DNA of 64,000 bases from the human T2T-CHM13v2.0 reference genome, Homo sapiens (GCF_009914755.1 NC_060928.1), one strand, 5' to 3'; shown: positions 12,391 to 28,104, counted from the first letter of the stretch. Notes: generated by a model from the sequence alone, not told the origin. Program-made: numbers and translations.

Positions 12391-12996
12391 AAGAAGGAAG
12401 GAAGGAGGGAGGGAGGGAGAGAGAGAGGAAGAAAAGAAAGAAAGAAAAGAAAAAAGAAAGAAAGAAGAAAGAAAGAAAGAGAAAGAGAGAGAGAAAGAAG
12501 GAAGGAAGGAAGAAAGAAAGAAAAAGAAAGAAAGAAAGAAAGAAAGAAGGGAAAAGGGAAGGAAGGGAAGGGAAAGAAGGAAAGGAAGGGGAAGGAAAGG
12601 GAAGGGAAGCGAAGGGAAGGAAGAAAGGAAGGAGGGAAGGAAGAAAGGAAGGGAGGAAGGAAGGAAGGAGGAAGAAAGAAAAAGGAAGGGAAGGGAAGGA
12701 AGAAAGGAAGGAAAGGAAGGAAGGAAAGAAGGAAGGAAAGGAAGGAAGGAATGAAGGAAGGAAGATAGGAAGGAAAGAAGGAAGGAAGAGAGAGAGAGAA
12801 AGAAGAAAGATGGAAGGAAAGAGAAAAAGAAAGAAAGAGAAAGAAAAGAAGGAAGGAAAGAAAGAAAAGAAAGAAAGAAAAAGGAAAGAAAGGAAAGGAA
12901 GAAAGACAATAAAAGAAAGAGAAAGGAAAGAAAAGGAAAGGAAAGAAGGAAGGAAGAAAAGAAAGAAAGAAAAAGAAAGAAAGAAGGAAAGAAAGA
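12391..12996 (+). repeat. Compound GA-rich tract (GAAA/GGAA/GA units), ~600 bp almost purely purine
   Basis: Directly visible; only a handful of C/T interruptions. Confidence 0.98.
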
Positions 12997-13007
12997 GGCC
13001 CACTTAC

Positions 13008-13070
13008 TTTTGTTCCTGGTAAACCTGGTAAGCCTGGTTCTCCTTGAGGACCAATGAAACCTGGTTCTCC
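13008..13070 (-). CDS. COL25A1: Collagen XXV exon (~20), 63 nt, GEPGFIGPQGEPGLPGLPGTK
   Basis: Gly-X-Y x7; acceptor tttttaaag; donor AAA|GTAAGT; visible at the start of track ORF 12336..13088. Confidence 0.96.
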
Positions 13071-13110
13071 CTTTAAAAACATGGGCATATGAGATCATTA
13101 ATCATTTGAC

Positions 13111-13112
13111 AA

Positions 13113-13143
<31 letters not shown>

Positions 13144-13145
13144 AA
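13111..13145 (+). repeat. (TAAA)n microsatellite
   Basis: About 8 units, directly visible. Confidence 0.95.
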
Positions 13146-13189
13146 CTAAACTCATTTTCTTCTACTGAGATTTTACTTCCCTGGTTGTA

Positions 13190-13585
13190 TACAGCTTTCT
13201 TGCCGAGATCCAGCTACTTGCCCTATGTACTTCTTCATTTGGCTGTTCATTTTTATTAACTGTAATAGTATATAGCACCTTCCTGATTTCTGTGAGTTGC
13301 TGTAGCAAATATCAATCCTGAGTCGGGGGGAGGGGATGTGCAAACCCCTGAATTTGTAGCTGAGTCAGACAGAAGTACAGGTAACCTGCGGGCTCAATAC
13401 CTGTGCCTGGTGACCAAAATCAGGTCACTCTTATAAGACTGAGCCCTTAAATCTGTTTGATACCAACCAGGGGAGTTAGTGCCAGAATAGGATCGAATTG
13501 TAGGACACCCAGTTGGTGTCAGAGAATCAGAGAGGTAGAGAACTGGTGTTGGAAAATACACTACATATTTGGTGTTGGAAAATAC
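13190..13585 (+). mobile_element. MER21-like LTR fragment
   Basis: 'ctgagcccttaa...gttagtgccagaat...aattgtaggacacccagttggtgtc...catatttggtgt' resembles MER21C from memory. Confidence 0.7.
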
Positions 13586-13798
13586 TTGAGATGAGCGTTC
13601 ACATTAGCTTGACTATCCATAAAGTTTTATTTTCTTTTTTTAACTATTTGAGGTCAAATATAAGAGTTTACCCAAAATCTATAAGAAAATTTTAAAGCAA
13701 AAGCCATAATGGCTTTGTTCTCAGTTCCTGTTTTTTCCCCTCTTGGATGATTTCTGGAGCAGTTGTTAATATTTTAAAATATATTTGATTTCTTTCTA

Positions 13799-14206
<408 letters not shown>

Positions 14207-15139
14207 TCATCAAATATTTTTCACAGAAGTCAATTTTTTTAATACGCTATAAAAAACCTTGGGTATTGGGTGGGGAACAAAAGGATATCACCACCACCAG
14301 ACATATATTGATATATAACTCAAATGTATTTATCTCTAGCCCTGGTGCTCATGAGACTGATCTAAGAAAAAAAAAAAAAAGGCAGGAGTGAGTAACTAAT
14401 GCTTTAGGTTTACTGCTTGCACATTTTCTGTAACTCCCTAGTCTACCTGTCCCATACCCTTACGACTATTAGAAAGGAGAATCTGAAAATATAATTTTGG
14501 GTGGATCTCTTAATGGCCTAAAACGAAAATCTGAACTATATTCAGAGAAATCAATGGCGATTATTCTACTTCTAGTAAAAGAGTTTAACTTAAGTCAAAC
14601 AAAAACATTATAAGGAATACATCTGTTTACATGTAAAATATTTCACCTAACAAAATGATATATACAAATAAATATTTCCTCTCCCTTCCCAAGAGAAATG
14701 CTGTGTTAAAGTCAATGTGAATCATTGGTAACAACTTACTGTCAGGGAAATGTAATGCAAGTTAATATGTTGAAAGTTTACACGGAAACCAGAATTCTTG
14801 TATATATTCAAGTGAAAATAAAATGATTTCATTCTTTAGAAAAACAAATAGATGCACCATTAAAGCATACTAATAAAAGAGAAGAAAAAAAGAGTAAATG
14901 TTGCAAAAACATATTTCTTATACATATTTCTTATACAGGTTAGTGTTTAGTTTATAAAAAGATGAACCATGCAGGTGCATAATTCACAAACAAATAAATA
15001 GGGCTTTGCGATCTCAGCTGCCAGGTAAAACTGTTTTTTTCTTCCTTTTTAAAAAATAGAAGATATGTTGTTTCCTTTAGTAAGTGTATGGAAAGTTCTT
15101 TTTTTTATGTGCTAGCTGAAAGCATCGATAGTTCTTTGA

Positions 15140-15534
<395 letters not shown>

Positions 15535-16048
15535 TGATTGGCTAATTTTAAAGGCTGTGAGCATGATACATTATACCTGATTATGCCACTTTAAGAAAGT
15601 ATCTACCGTATCTATACATTCTGATACACTTCTTATTTCGATTTATTCAAGGAGAAAAACCACATACTTAATTTTAGGATCACAGTTTTCGTCTATTTAC
15701 TTCCAGAGGTCTGAATCACTTTAGAAACATTATCTCCATTCTCTCTATATCTTGGCAGGATGGGCAGGAGTTAATTATTGTTCCCTTTTTTCTCTCTCAG
15801 ACTTCAAAAACAATTGTTGAAGTAAATAAGGCATGGATATGTTGACTCATGGTGTTCAGCTAATTGGGCTATTTCTTACTTCCCTAAGCTTATACCAGAG
15901 GTTCTCAAAGTGTGCTCTGGGGACCTCTGGAGATTTCTGGACTTTTTCAGGAAGTCTTTAAGGTCAAACTATTTTTACAATAACACGAAGACATTATTTG
16001 CCTTTTTACTTTCATCCCTTCATGAATACACGGAGTATGAAAAGTTCA

Positions 16049-16390
<342 letters not shown>

Positions 16391-16600
16391 CTAACCTTTA
16401 AGAAACTACCACTTGTGGGGTTTAGGATAGTAGCCAAGAAAAATATCAACAATTATCTGAATAGGCTAACCTTCCCCTGTCCAATTACATATCTGCATGA
16501 GGCCAGTTTTTCTTCATATACTTCAACGAAAACAACAAACTGAATGCAGAAGCAGATATGAGAATCCAGTTGCCTTCTATTAAGTCAGGCATTAGATTTG

Positions 16601-16680
16601 ATATATATACACACACACACACACACACATATACATATATACACACACACATACATATACATATATACACACACATATAT
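16601..16680 (+). repeat. Compound (TA)n/(CA)n microsatellite
   Basis: Directly visible. Confidence 0.95.
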
Positions 16681-16802
16681 CTCTCAAAATGTCATTCTTC
16701 CTGCTCTTTTTAAAAAATCTTGTCTTAAAAACCAGTTATATTTCATAAAACATACTATTTGATTAACATGTAATTGATTTTTAGAAATTTTTCAGTTTTA
16801 AC

Positions 16803-17113
16803 TTCTTTTTTTTTTCTTTTGTTTTTGTTTTTGAGACAGGGTCTCACTCTGTGCCCAGGCTGAAGTTCAGTGGTATGATCATGGCTCACTGCAGGCTTGA
16901 TCCCCTGGGCTCAAAGGATCGTCCCACCTCAGCTTCCTGAGTAGCTTGGACTATAGTTGTGCATCACCATGCCTGGCTAATTTTTAAATATTTTGTAGAG
17001 ACTAGGTCTTGCTATGTTGCCCAGGCTGGTCTCGAACTCCTGGCCTCAAGCAATCCTCCTGCCTTTGCCTCCCAAAGCACTGGGATTACAGGTGTGAGCC
17101 ACTCCCCCCAGGC
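16803..17113 (-). mobile_element. AluJ
   Basis: Antisense dimer with J-type sequence. Confidence 0.92.
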
Positions 17114-17443
17114 AGCTTTAATTTCCAATGCAGAAATAACACAAGACATATTCTACATAAACAAAAGCTCTTTCAATTCTAATTTTTAAGAATGTAAAGG
17201 GATTCTGAGACCAAAAAGTTCAAGAACTGCTAGAACAAAAATGCAGAATTTTATTAAAGGCTGACTTTTCAAGCTGGAGTCTTAATAGAGGATTCTGGCT
17301 TTGTTAAGGTGTGGCTTAGTTAAGACTTACCATACAAAACTGCAAGCAAAGCACTTAACCTCTCCCTAGAATTAAGTCAGTGTGCAATAAATGCTTGTTA
17401 TTATTGTTTCCCTTATCTTACAGGCTTACAAATGTTAGCTGTC

Positions 17444-17491
<48 letters not shown>

Positions 17492-17521
17492 CAGCAGCAG
17501 TAGCAGTAGTAGTAGTAGTAG
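17444..17521 (+). repeat. (TAG)16(CAG)3 TAG CAG (TAG)5 compound trinucleotide repeat
   Basis: Counted directly. Confidence 0.97.
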
Positions 17522-19069
17522 TGTTACAACATCTCTGCAACCTAATTGGTAATATACAAAGTGTCTTCTTGTCACCTTTTAACCTGCCTAGGGTTATACT
17601 CAATGCTACTTCAACTTCTTTCAAGAAGTAACCCTAAATTTTCTCAGTTGAATATGTCATTAATTTATGAGACAATATCCATCTGCCAGAGCAGTTGAGA
17701 TTGCAAAACCAAAAGAGGTTTAAAACACATCAGAACGGTGTAAGATAGAAAAGTGATGAGTTTACTAAGAATGAGTTTTCTTCCTTCAAAGACGGAAAGA
17801 AGAAAATGTTCCTACTTATAAATTTCCCTAAATGAATGTAATCTTAAAAAAAAACCCATCTTTTTGAAAAGAATTGATGTACGGTTTAAAGGTTCTAGAA
17901 TCTCCTAAAATGTCTAGGCAAAAGGCAATGACAGCCTAAGTTTATAGAAATATTTTCTTGTAATAAAAAAATAAGCAAATGACTACTATACTATAGTCCC
18001 AATTAGTCACAATTTCTGTTAACCAGGGTAGAGGAAAGAGACCAGGTCGGGGAAGAAGGAGGGAGGAAGCAGCTGAAGTACGATTCAAAGGCAAAGGACT
18101 TTTGGGAAATCATCTTTGGAGTCAATCAGACTTCATAAAAATGAGCTTACATAAGTTTTCATGGCAACAAACAGGAGAAATAACTGTTTATATTGGAATG
18201 TATAATGATTATCACAGCTGTTTTACATATTTAATCTCCCTTAATGAATGGGACATAGGAGAGTAGTAAATTGAAAATTATCCACACGTATTTGTCTGAG
18301 TAGACAAAGTGACGGAGGAAACTGGAACTATAATGGAATTAAGTACTTAACATTACTTTTAATGAAGGAAAAAAATAAATCCAGAGGGTTTTTTTTTATT
18401 TTTCTTTTTTACTGGGCAATTACCTAAATTACAAAATCTAAATCATAATTTCAAAATGAGCCATTTTAGAAATAACATGGGAACATAAAGCAGAGATCCT
18501 TTGAAAAGGGCATGTCCTGCTCCCATTATCAGGGAAATGTGGTTTTAAACAGGCAGACTGCAAGTAAAATAGCTCTACCATTGAAGTAAAAACAATAAAG
18601 TAGGACATTTTCTGAAAGTGTTTATCTTTAAAGTTAATGTTCTGTTAGTGCATTTTAAAGAAAATAACAAAAATGTCTAAGAAAAATGAGGGAAAGACAA
18701 AGACTTAAACCTCTGGCTTGTTGCATATATCAGGACACCAATGAATAGCATAAGAATAAGTTGGGTAGAGCACCAATTATTTCAGAGTTACTTTAATACG
18801 TTTTTTTTCCCCTCAGGTATTATACATATTTCTTCTCTCATTTCACAGATATTCCACATTCTCCATCTCTCCATCTGTTCACTCACTATCTCAAGTTAGA
18901 TAGCATGTTAGGTTTTTACTTTTGTTATCAGTGAGAACAACAAGATGACAAAGTCAATTGGGATTCCTCACATTGGTGCTGAGGATAGATAGTGTGTGGA
19001 AGGGAATGAATGAAGGCAACCAAGAGACAGATCTGAGATCACTGCTGCTTGCAAAGTTAGTGCCTAACT

Positions 19070-20141
19070 CATGGGCAAGGACTTCATGACTAAAACACCA
19101 AAAGCAATGGCAACAAAAGCCAAAATGGACAAATGGGATCTAATTAAACTAAAGAGCTTCTGCACGGCAAAAGAAACTACCACCAGAGTGAACAGGCAAC
19201 CTACAGAATGGGAGAAAATTTTTGCAATCCACTCATCTGACAAAGGGCTAATATGCAGAATCTACAAAGAACTCAAACAAATTTACAAGAAAAAAACAAA
19301 TAACCCCATCAAAAAGTGGGCAAAGGACATGAACAGACACTTCTCAAAAGAAGACATTTATGCAGCCAACAGACACATGAAAAAATGTTCATCATCACTG
19401 GTCATTAGAGAAATGAAAATCAAAACCACAATGAGATACCATCTCATGCTAGTTAGAATGGCAATCATTAAAAAGTCAGGAAACAGCACATGCTGGAGAG
19501 GATGTGGAGAAATAGGAATGCTTTTACACTGTTGGTGGGACTGTAAATTGGTTCAACCATTGTGGAAGACAGTGTGGCGACTCCTCAAGGATCTAGAACT
19601 AGAATTACCATTTGACACAGCAATCTCATTACTGGGTATATACCCAAAAGATTATAAATCATGCTACTATAAAGGCACATGCACACATATGTTTATTGTG
19701 GCACTATTCACAATAGCAAAGACTTGGAACCAACCCAAATGTCCATCAATGAGAGACTGGATTAAGAAAATGTGGCACATATACACCATGGAATACTATG
19801 CCGCCATAAAAAAGGATGAGTTCATGTCCTTTGCAAGGACATAGATAAAGCTGGAAACCATCATTCTCAGCAAACTATCATAAGGACAGAAAACCAAACA
19901 CCGCACATTCTCACTCATAGGTGGGAAATGAACAATGAGATCACTTGGACACAGGGCGGGGAACACCACACACCGGGGCCTGTCAGCGGGTGGAGGGCTG
20001 GGGGAGGGATAGCGTTAGGAGAAATACCTAATGTAAATGATAAGTTGATGGGTGCAGCAAACCAACATGGACATGTATACCTATGTATCAAACCTGCAGG
20101 GTATGCACATGTACCCTAGAACTTAAAGTATAAAAAAAAAA
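19070..20141 (+). mobile_element. 5'-truncated L1PA (about PA5-6): ORF2 C-terminus, 3'UTR and poly(A)
   Basis: ORF 19071..19844 is the ORF2 C-terminal region with the CCHC motif [18 protein letters not shown] and a premature TAG; 17-bp TSD AAAGTTAGTGCCTAACT at 19053-19069 and 20142-20158. Confidence 0.96.
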
Positions 20142-21973
20142 AAAGTTAGTGCCTAACTAAGGTGAGAGAGAATAGTAAAAAGAAGGAAGAAAAGGATGAG
20201 GAGAAGGAGTAGTGAGGAATTCAGGGAGGGAGGGAAGGAGAGGGAGAGAGGAAGACAAGAGGAGAGAGAAATAATAGAGAGGAACAGGCATTTAAAAATG
20301 TTCTCCTCCTTTCCACATTACCGTAAAAATTAAATCCAGATTTAATCTGTTCTCTTTGTTTTTGTTGTTTTCTGTTGTTCTGTTTTGTTTTTATGTGTCC
20401 TGGAAATCTCCAACTAGATCTACTCTTGGGACAAACAGAATAATCTAAACAATGTATTATCTAACCCTTAAAATCAGTACAGAACTATGATTTAATCAAA
20501 ACCTGGGGATAAAATATATATAACATTATTTATCAGAACCCTTAAGACAATCCAAAATTTTAATTACTAATACATAGTAGCTGGCATCCTGTTCTGTTCC
20601 CCAAGCCACATGCTAACCAGTGACTGAATAGGTTGTCCACAATACAGATATCTCAGCCCTGTTGGTGTTATTATAGCATAGGACTAATGCAGCTTCAAAT
20701 TCCAAAATGAAGACAAATTTGGTCTAATTTTCTGGTCTTCTCCTGGATATTGCATCTGATTTCTTCCTGAATTGTTTCATGAGTTTTATCCTTTGGTTAT
20801 TCTTAACATTAATTAATAGCTCACCATCAATGAGTTAAAAAACCAGGTCTCAAAACTAAGACTACAGCACATTTCCCTTTGTTGACCTGGTAGAAAAGAT
20901 GAATAATAGAATAGCTGTGATTTTGGCAACTAACCTGGGGTTCAGTTAGGAAAGAAGAAATGCTATTAATTCAGGATAAAGCACAGTGTAGGCCTGACAG
21001 TAAACTGCTGGGAGCAGCCGCAAGCTGAAAATCTGACACAGGCTGCTAATTTGAACAAAAGATTTAAACAGCCAGGGCGCATTCAGATACAGAAGCAAGT
21101 CTGTGGAGAATAACTATAGCTGAAATCAGAGGTGTATCTTCACATGACCAACTACGGAGGGCCTCATCATCTCACACTGATCTTTCCATTTAGGCAGTCA
21201 TAACTTCAATCTTGTAGTATAAGCTCAGTGACTATCAGCTACAGTACCTAATGTGCACTATATTTGAAACAGGATCCTGTTTCTGCATGAAACAAAAAGT
21301 TCCATTGTCAATTAGTGTATGAGCATTAAACCTCTCTCTCTCTCCTTTCCTCTTGTGTCCATAAACTGGCTATATGTACACACAGAAATGATGTAAACTA
21401 CAGAAGATTTAGCTATAGGAAAGTGGGTCCTATTCATTCTATATAAGATAGATACCTTTAAGGTAAGATTTTTGACTGAAGCCACTTCTCCTCAACTCCT
21501 TTGCTATTACTTTTAAAAAATTCAAATAGTCTACTGAGATAGCAGCTTAAATACTGTCTTCTGGCCAAAAAACAAAAAACTAACAAATAAAAAAAAAAAC
21601 AACACATGAACAACTACCATCTCTAGAAGCCACAAGGGAAACAAACAAAAACTGGTCTTCTATTTTACAGAAAGGCAAGGCAAAGCTGGAAAATTCCTTA
21701 GGAACATGACATTTCTGAAATCTAACAATGACCATCAAAGGTCTCATTAAGTCTTAGAATTCAATAATAAAATCTTGACTGACTTTTCTTCAAACACATA
21801 TGTAATACATAGCAAGAAAGTATTTCAGGTGACCTTATTTTATCTTCTAAAATGGTTATTGGGACAGTTCACCTAACACTCTTTTGCCAATTTACATAAT
21901 GATGAGAAGAATCAACAAATACTTAGATGGGATTACTAGTCAATGTAAGAAAGGAGGAGACAGCTTCATTCAT

Positions 21974-22051
21974 ACGGAAATGACTCATCAGGTGTTTCTC
22001 TATAAACTTGCAGAATTTACCGTCTGCTAAATGGAATGGTGGCCGGAATGT
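21974..22051. promoter_or_regulatory. Putative intronic enhancer motif cluster (ETS/AP-1, E-box, two TEAD sites)
   Basis: ACGGAAATGACTCATCAGGTG plus GGAATG at 22033 and 22045; motif evidence only. Confidence 0.4.
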
Positions 22052-23346
22052 CCTGACTGATTAGCTGTTGCCCATAGAAAAATCTCTGGTTTTTTCATTT
22101 TACCATTTGTTTTATTTTTATAAGTCATTATCAATTAAAGGAGTAAAAAAATTACTTTTTAACCCCTCTAAAAAAACCTCTAGTATACCAGGTTAAAGCA
22201 GGTAATATTTTCCATGATATTTATTACCCCCGAGAAGATCCAGTTTTCATTGCCCAATAAATAGTACAGCAGGGCTTAAAAAATATGTGCTGATCTGCCT
22301 GGGTGCCAAAAGCATCACCAATAATCTTGATTAACGTGTCTTGACACTGAATGCATTAGCCACATAATATTCCTCTTGCTTAAAGGCTAATTAGAATTCA
22401 AGGCAGCATGATACCTGCTTTTGAGGATTACAGTAAGAACATTTGTTGTAATAAGAACCACCAGGCAGCCAGTTTTGGTAATGATTGATATGTAAAATTA
22501 TTGAGGGGAAAAAAGAATGAGAAAGTAGAGTCTGCCCCCAAAACATTTATTTCCCGTAAGGATCAAATTTTAGTGTAAATTAAAACATCTTGGTGGCACT
22601 GATGAAAATGAACTATAATAGCAGGTTTATTTAAAATCCAGAAAACATACCTTTCTGACTTTTTTTTTCTTAACTGGCTTACATCATGAAAGCATATTCC
22701 TTGTATTTATTGGAGGTTTCATTCTTGCAGCTAAAAATCTCTGATTTCTGGTTATGTGAGTTTCCTAATTTGACTCTCCAATTATTCAACTTCTCAGATG
22801 AACTTTGTGCAGACAGGAAATAATTATAAGTAACGATAACACAATGTTATTCGTTTAACCAGTACTCCATTTCCTTTTTCTCTTTTAGGAATTCATTTCA
22901 CATCCTATGTTGCTTCAGAAGTTTTTCTCTGCTATTTTTAAAATGTGATCTGATGTTTGTGAGGAAGGAACCTCATCTCTGGTGGATTTAGAAGATAAGC
23001 TTCTATTAGATTACTGAGCACTGTACTTAATCCTAGGAATGCCAGAGTAAATGCTTCTGCCACCTGTAAAAGCTAGTCTTTATATAATTTAGTGGCAAGA
23101 ATGATTTCATATGCTGGGATATAAAGAGTTAGTTACTGTCTCATACCCTCCTAGTCCCCAAGTTCTTGATCTTAATGTCAAATTTTCACTAATGTGGAAG
23201 CCAGAACAAAAATATCAAGCTTTGAAGCATGATACTACTGTGAAAATGTATTTGCCACTAAAATGATTTCATATGTTTTTTACTGTATTACACCTCCCTT
23301 GCTCCATGTTTTTTTTTTCCCCCAATTTGCTTTCTGAATATGGTGA

Positions 23347-23684
<338 letters not shown>

Positions 23685-23709
23685 TGAAAGAAGGAAAAGC
23701 AAGTGCTGA

Positions 23710-24033
<324 letters not shown>

Positions 24034-24479
24034 TAAAAATCTATATTTATGAAAAATGTCTTGGGTTAGGTAACATTGACTGGAGCCTGGAGAATTTCCA
24101 TCATTACATGTCAAGGTTTGCTTTTACTTTTCCTGTGAACAGAACCAGGAAGAAGAACATTGACAGTGCCATGTCCTATCCCCATAACACTGTGGTTCTT
24201 CATCCTTTGTTCCTGGGATACATTTGGGTAATAGGAAAAGGGTATAGTGTGATGTCATGTTTGGAGAAAAAGCAGGTGATCCTGACTGCTCTTAAAGTAA
24301 CATCCACTCATCGCTGCAAAGGAGTTTTCAGAATTTATATTTACTAACCTACAGAGTATACATGGCTTTACATCCTATAGGTTAAAATTACATGAGGAAA
24401 AATTGTATAGAACATGTGTGTAACCAATGTGTCCAATATTTTGAGCTGCCCCAAAAGAAAGAGATAACAATAATCAAAA

Positions 24480-24700
24480 CCAACACAGCATTTACTACAT
24501 GCTTGGCAATATTTTAGGAACTTTACATGTATTAGTGCATTTAATTTTCACAACAGCTCTCTGAGTTATGGTCAATGAGTCCCATCTTATGAGGAAACTG
24601 AAGTACAGACAGATGATAGAAGTTGCCCCACATCATGTTATTGATAAGGGGCGGACAAGGATCTGCACATTGGTGGTCTGTTATGAAGTCTGCTCTATCC
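24480..24700 (-). mobile_element. MIR SINE
   Basis: 'cccatcttatgaggaaactgaagtacaga...agttgccc'. Confidence 0.6.
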
Positions 24701-26965
24701 TGCTTACTGCTAGGGCAACATAACCATAGAAAGGGGGTAAGTAATGTATTTACATTTTTCAAAATAAGTGTAGAGAGCAAAGCCTAAGAAAATAGGAACT
24801 TAGAATCTTACTCTTTTATGTGATATCAGAAAAGCTGGTTACAATAATTTTACCCATTAAAAATATGTGAAAGCTTGTTTCAGAAACTAATTTTCTGGGC
24901 TCAAATCTTATTCCAGAAGATCAATGTCTACATGGTACATTGTACATAATTTAATTTTCCCAGTTGAACATCGTGACACTATATGAACCATGAATGCACG
25001 AAATAGGAATTCCAAATGTCTTCCATATGGTAAGAGGACTTTTGGATACTTCTGCAGGAAGCTTAAGAGTAGCTCGAAATTAAGTTATGCCTGTTCTCAG
25101 TGACTTTTATTATGTATGCCTAAGGTATTAGCACTTTTCTCTGAGTGGGACCTTGAGGTGATAGATAGATGAGTCTGCTGTCTGTATTTAGGCACTTTGC
25201 TCATTTCCTGAGAGCTGTGGAAGGCATGTGGATGCTCATTAAGTTTCCAACCATTCCCCGAGAGCAACAGCTGGTGAATCAAAGCTTCCCTGGTATGTCA
25301 TGGCTGGTTTCCTCAAAGTCTTGGAAATAATGGATGGCATTCACATGCTCTCTGTAGCACCAACAGATAAGAAGGAGATGAATAGCAACAGGAAGCATTT
25401 CCAAAGCATAAAGAAACACACAGGTCTAGGAAGATTATGAGTAATGCGCTTGCTACCACACATTCTATATCCATATATGGTGGTTTCATCTTTTAAATAC
25501 TGCTACTCGTTCAAACTATGAAATCATAGTTAACTGTCCTGTGGTGGCTACCTAATAGAAGAAATGTAAATTAAAGGAAAAAAGAACATTCTAAGTTAAG
25601 AAAACTATGTCATAAAATTATAAGCCTTTAGCTCTACATTTATAAATATCCAATGACCACTAATAGTTGTGACGTATCTTTAAATTGTCTCCTTTTCAAA
25701 ATTACTAATTTATAGTGAGCACTGACTACATTATAAGGAAAGTGTATCTCCCACATCCTGATTAGAGAAGACAAAGCTTATTAAACCAAAAATAGAGCCT
25801 AAGATTTAAATCAAATACCAGATAGTTACCCAACAGTACTTGATAATTATGTAGAAGAGTATGTCTACATACTCTTGATGAAAAGAGTTTTTGTCAATTA
25901 ATAGCTTCTTTTCACTATAGTCAGCAGTCAAGGAGAGAAAAACAAAAGAAAATATCAGAGCTACCTGACCTCGACAAACTCCATCTGGCCATTTCCTAAG
26001 ACCTGAGGAATAAAAGCATTTGCTAGAGGTGGCAAATCGTTTAACATCCCTCCCAACTTCAAAAAGCTCAAAACATTCTGACTAGTCCACAGATGACTAG
26101 GCAAATTCCGAGGGTCCAGTGGGATATTTTTGTGATGGAGGATATAAGACTAAAGTAAGATGATAAATAGTATAATCAAAATTGCTTTTTTTTTTTTTTT
26201 GCCTTTGGAGGGAGATAATCAATTCCACATTCTCAAGTACTCTCTCTCTCCAAGAAAGTGCTTCAAGTTCAGGAGAAGGGACAACTAGATTTCAAAGCAC
26301 GGAGGTTCCTGCAAGAGAAGCTGGTACCCCGATAACCTACAAGCACTTGCTGCAGCAACCTGCTTCAGCCCTTCCTTTTAAATGCCTTCCCCTTTATTTA
26401 TAATGCTACAAGGTTATTTTTGATTAATGCTGAGTATCACTTTCTTATCACTTTAAATAAATAGTTTTTAAATTTTTATGATCTTCCCATTATTTGTAAA
26501 AAGCCATCTTTGTGTGTGTGTGTGTTACTAAGAAATGCCATAATTTAACTCTATAATATGAAACCACCTATTAATTTGTGAAGTTATTTTTGCTAAATAT
26601 CAAATGATAAGGAAGTGACTTCAACTGTTTAGTAAACTGTTGTCATAGAGTGTTACTTTTTCACCAAAGAAGCCAAAGACTAAAAATCTATTAAAAGGAC
26701 ATATCTGAACTTTTATGATACTAATCTAGAAACATCAAACAAAAAGATAGAACTAAAATTGCTGAATGCCAACCAAGAAGACATAGCTTTCATGTCTATC
26801 AATTGTACCAAATATACTCATAAAATATTATACATATTATATGACCTCTGAGAACTCAATAATATATCTATCCTAAAAATCATATTATTTCACATAACTC
26901 ACACTCCAAGCAGAACCTTCATAAAACAGTATACACAACTCTCAAACTAGAAGTAGGAATGTTAA

Positions 26966-27251
<286 letters not shown>

Positions 27252-28104
27252 TAGAAATACTAAGTTTAGAATGGACTAATGTACAACAGAGATTGATTCA
27301 AAACTTTGTAAGATGAGAACAACAAAAGAAAATGTATTTGCATTATGTTAACCCCTATTAAGTAGTTCTAGAATATATAAAAAAACTTTTAAAATAAGAA
27401 GCTGATTTTAAAGGAGCAACTACAGCTAAGGCAGTAGAACTTTAAGTCTTGGCAGTTGCCATGCAAAAAATTTCAAAACATTTTTTAAAATGTTTTTAAC
27501 ATTTTTAAGTGGTTTACATCCATTTAAAACAAAGTTTTCAAACTAAGCTTTAAGCAATTATTTCAAAAGATATTTAGAAAGTTTATGGGGACAGTGTATG
27601 TGTTGGGTCAAAATATTTTAGTAATATGATTTGTACTTTGCAGTGATAATTACTGAGAGGAAGTAGAAGATAAATGTTTTAGAGAGATTATTATAATGAG
27701 TGAATCACAAAAACAGCTGCCTAAATGTTAGCTTTATGGGGATGTTAAGACTCTAATTCTGATCAAAATCTGATAGGGTCTTAAGAATAAAACTAAAATA
27801 TGAAGGTAAAGAGACATTTTAGACTTTAAAGAATTCCTGTGACTTCAAATGAAGGGACATTTACATTTATTTAAGGGGCAGTAGTAAGTTAAATGGAGAA
27901 ATAAACAATCCATATTGCCATGGCAAACTTTAGAGGTATCTGTGCTTAATTTTTAATTTAAAAATTTAGTTAGTTGAGATGGCTGGAGAGTACTTAGAGA
28001 ACAGCATTCTATTTTTAGTTTCCATTTTTCCCTATTTTCCTCCAATTTGGGTGAATCTCATAATTACAGTTCTGTGAAGCCGAGACTGTCCGTGCAGTAT
28101 TTAC

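Noticed and set aside
12336-13098. Long overlapping ORFs (250, 237, 210, 131 aa) rich in F/L/S/P or K/E/R/G
   Set aside because: They are read-through of the GA repeat, which cannot contain stops; only 13008-13070 is a real exon
17380-17631. Poly-Val / poly-Thr ORFs
   Set aside because: Translation of the TAG/CAG microsatellite
19071-19844. 257-aa ORF as an independent gene
   Set aside because: It is the L1 ORF2 C-terminal remnant within a TSD-flanked truncated L1 with a premature stop
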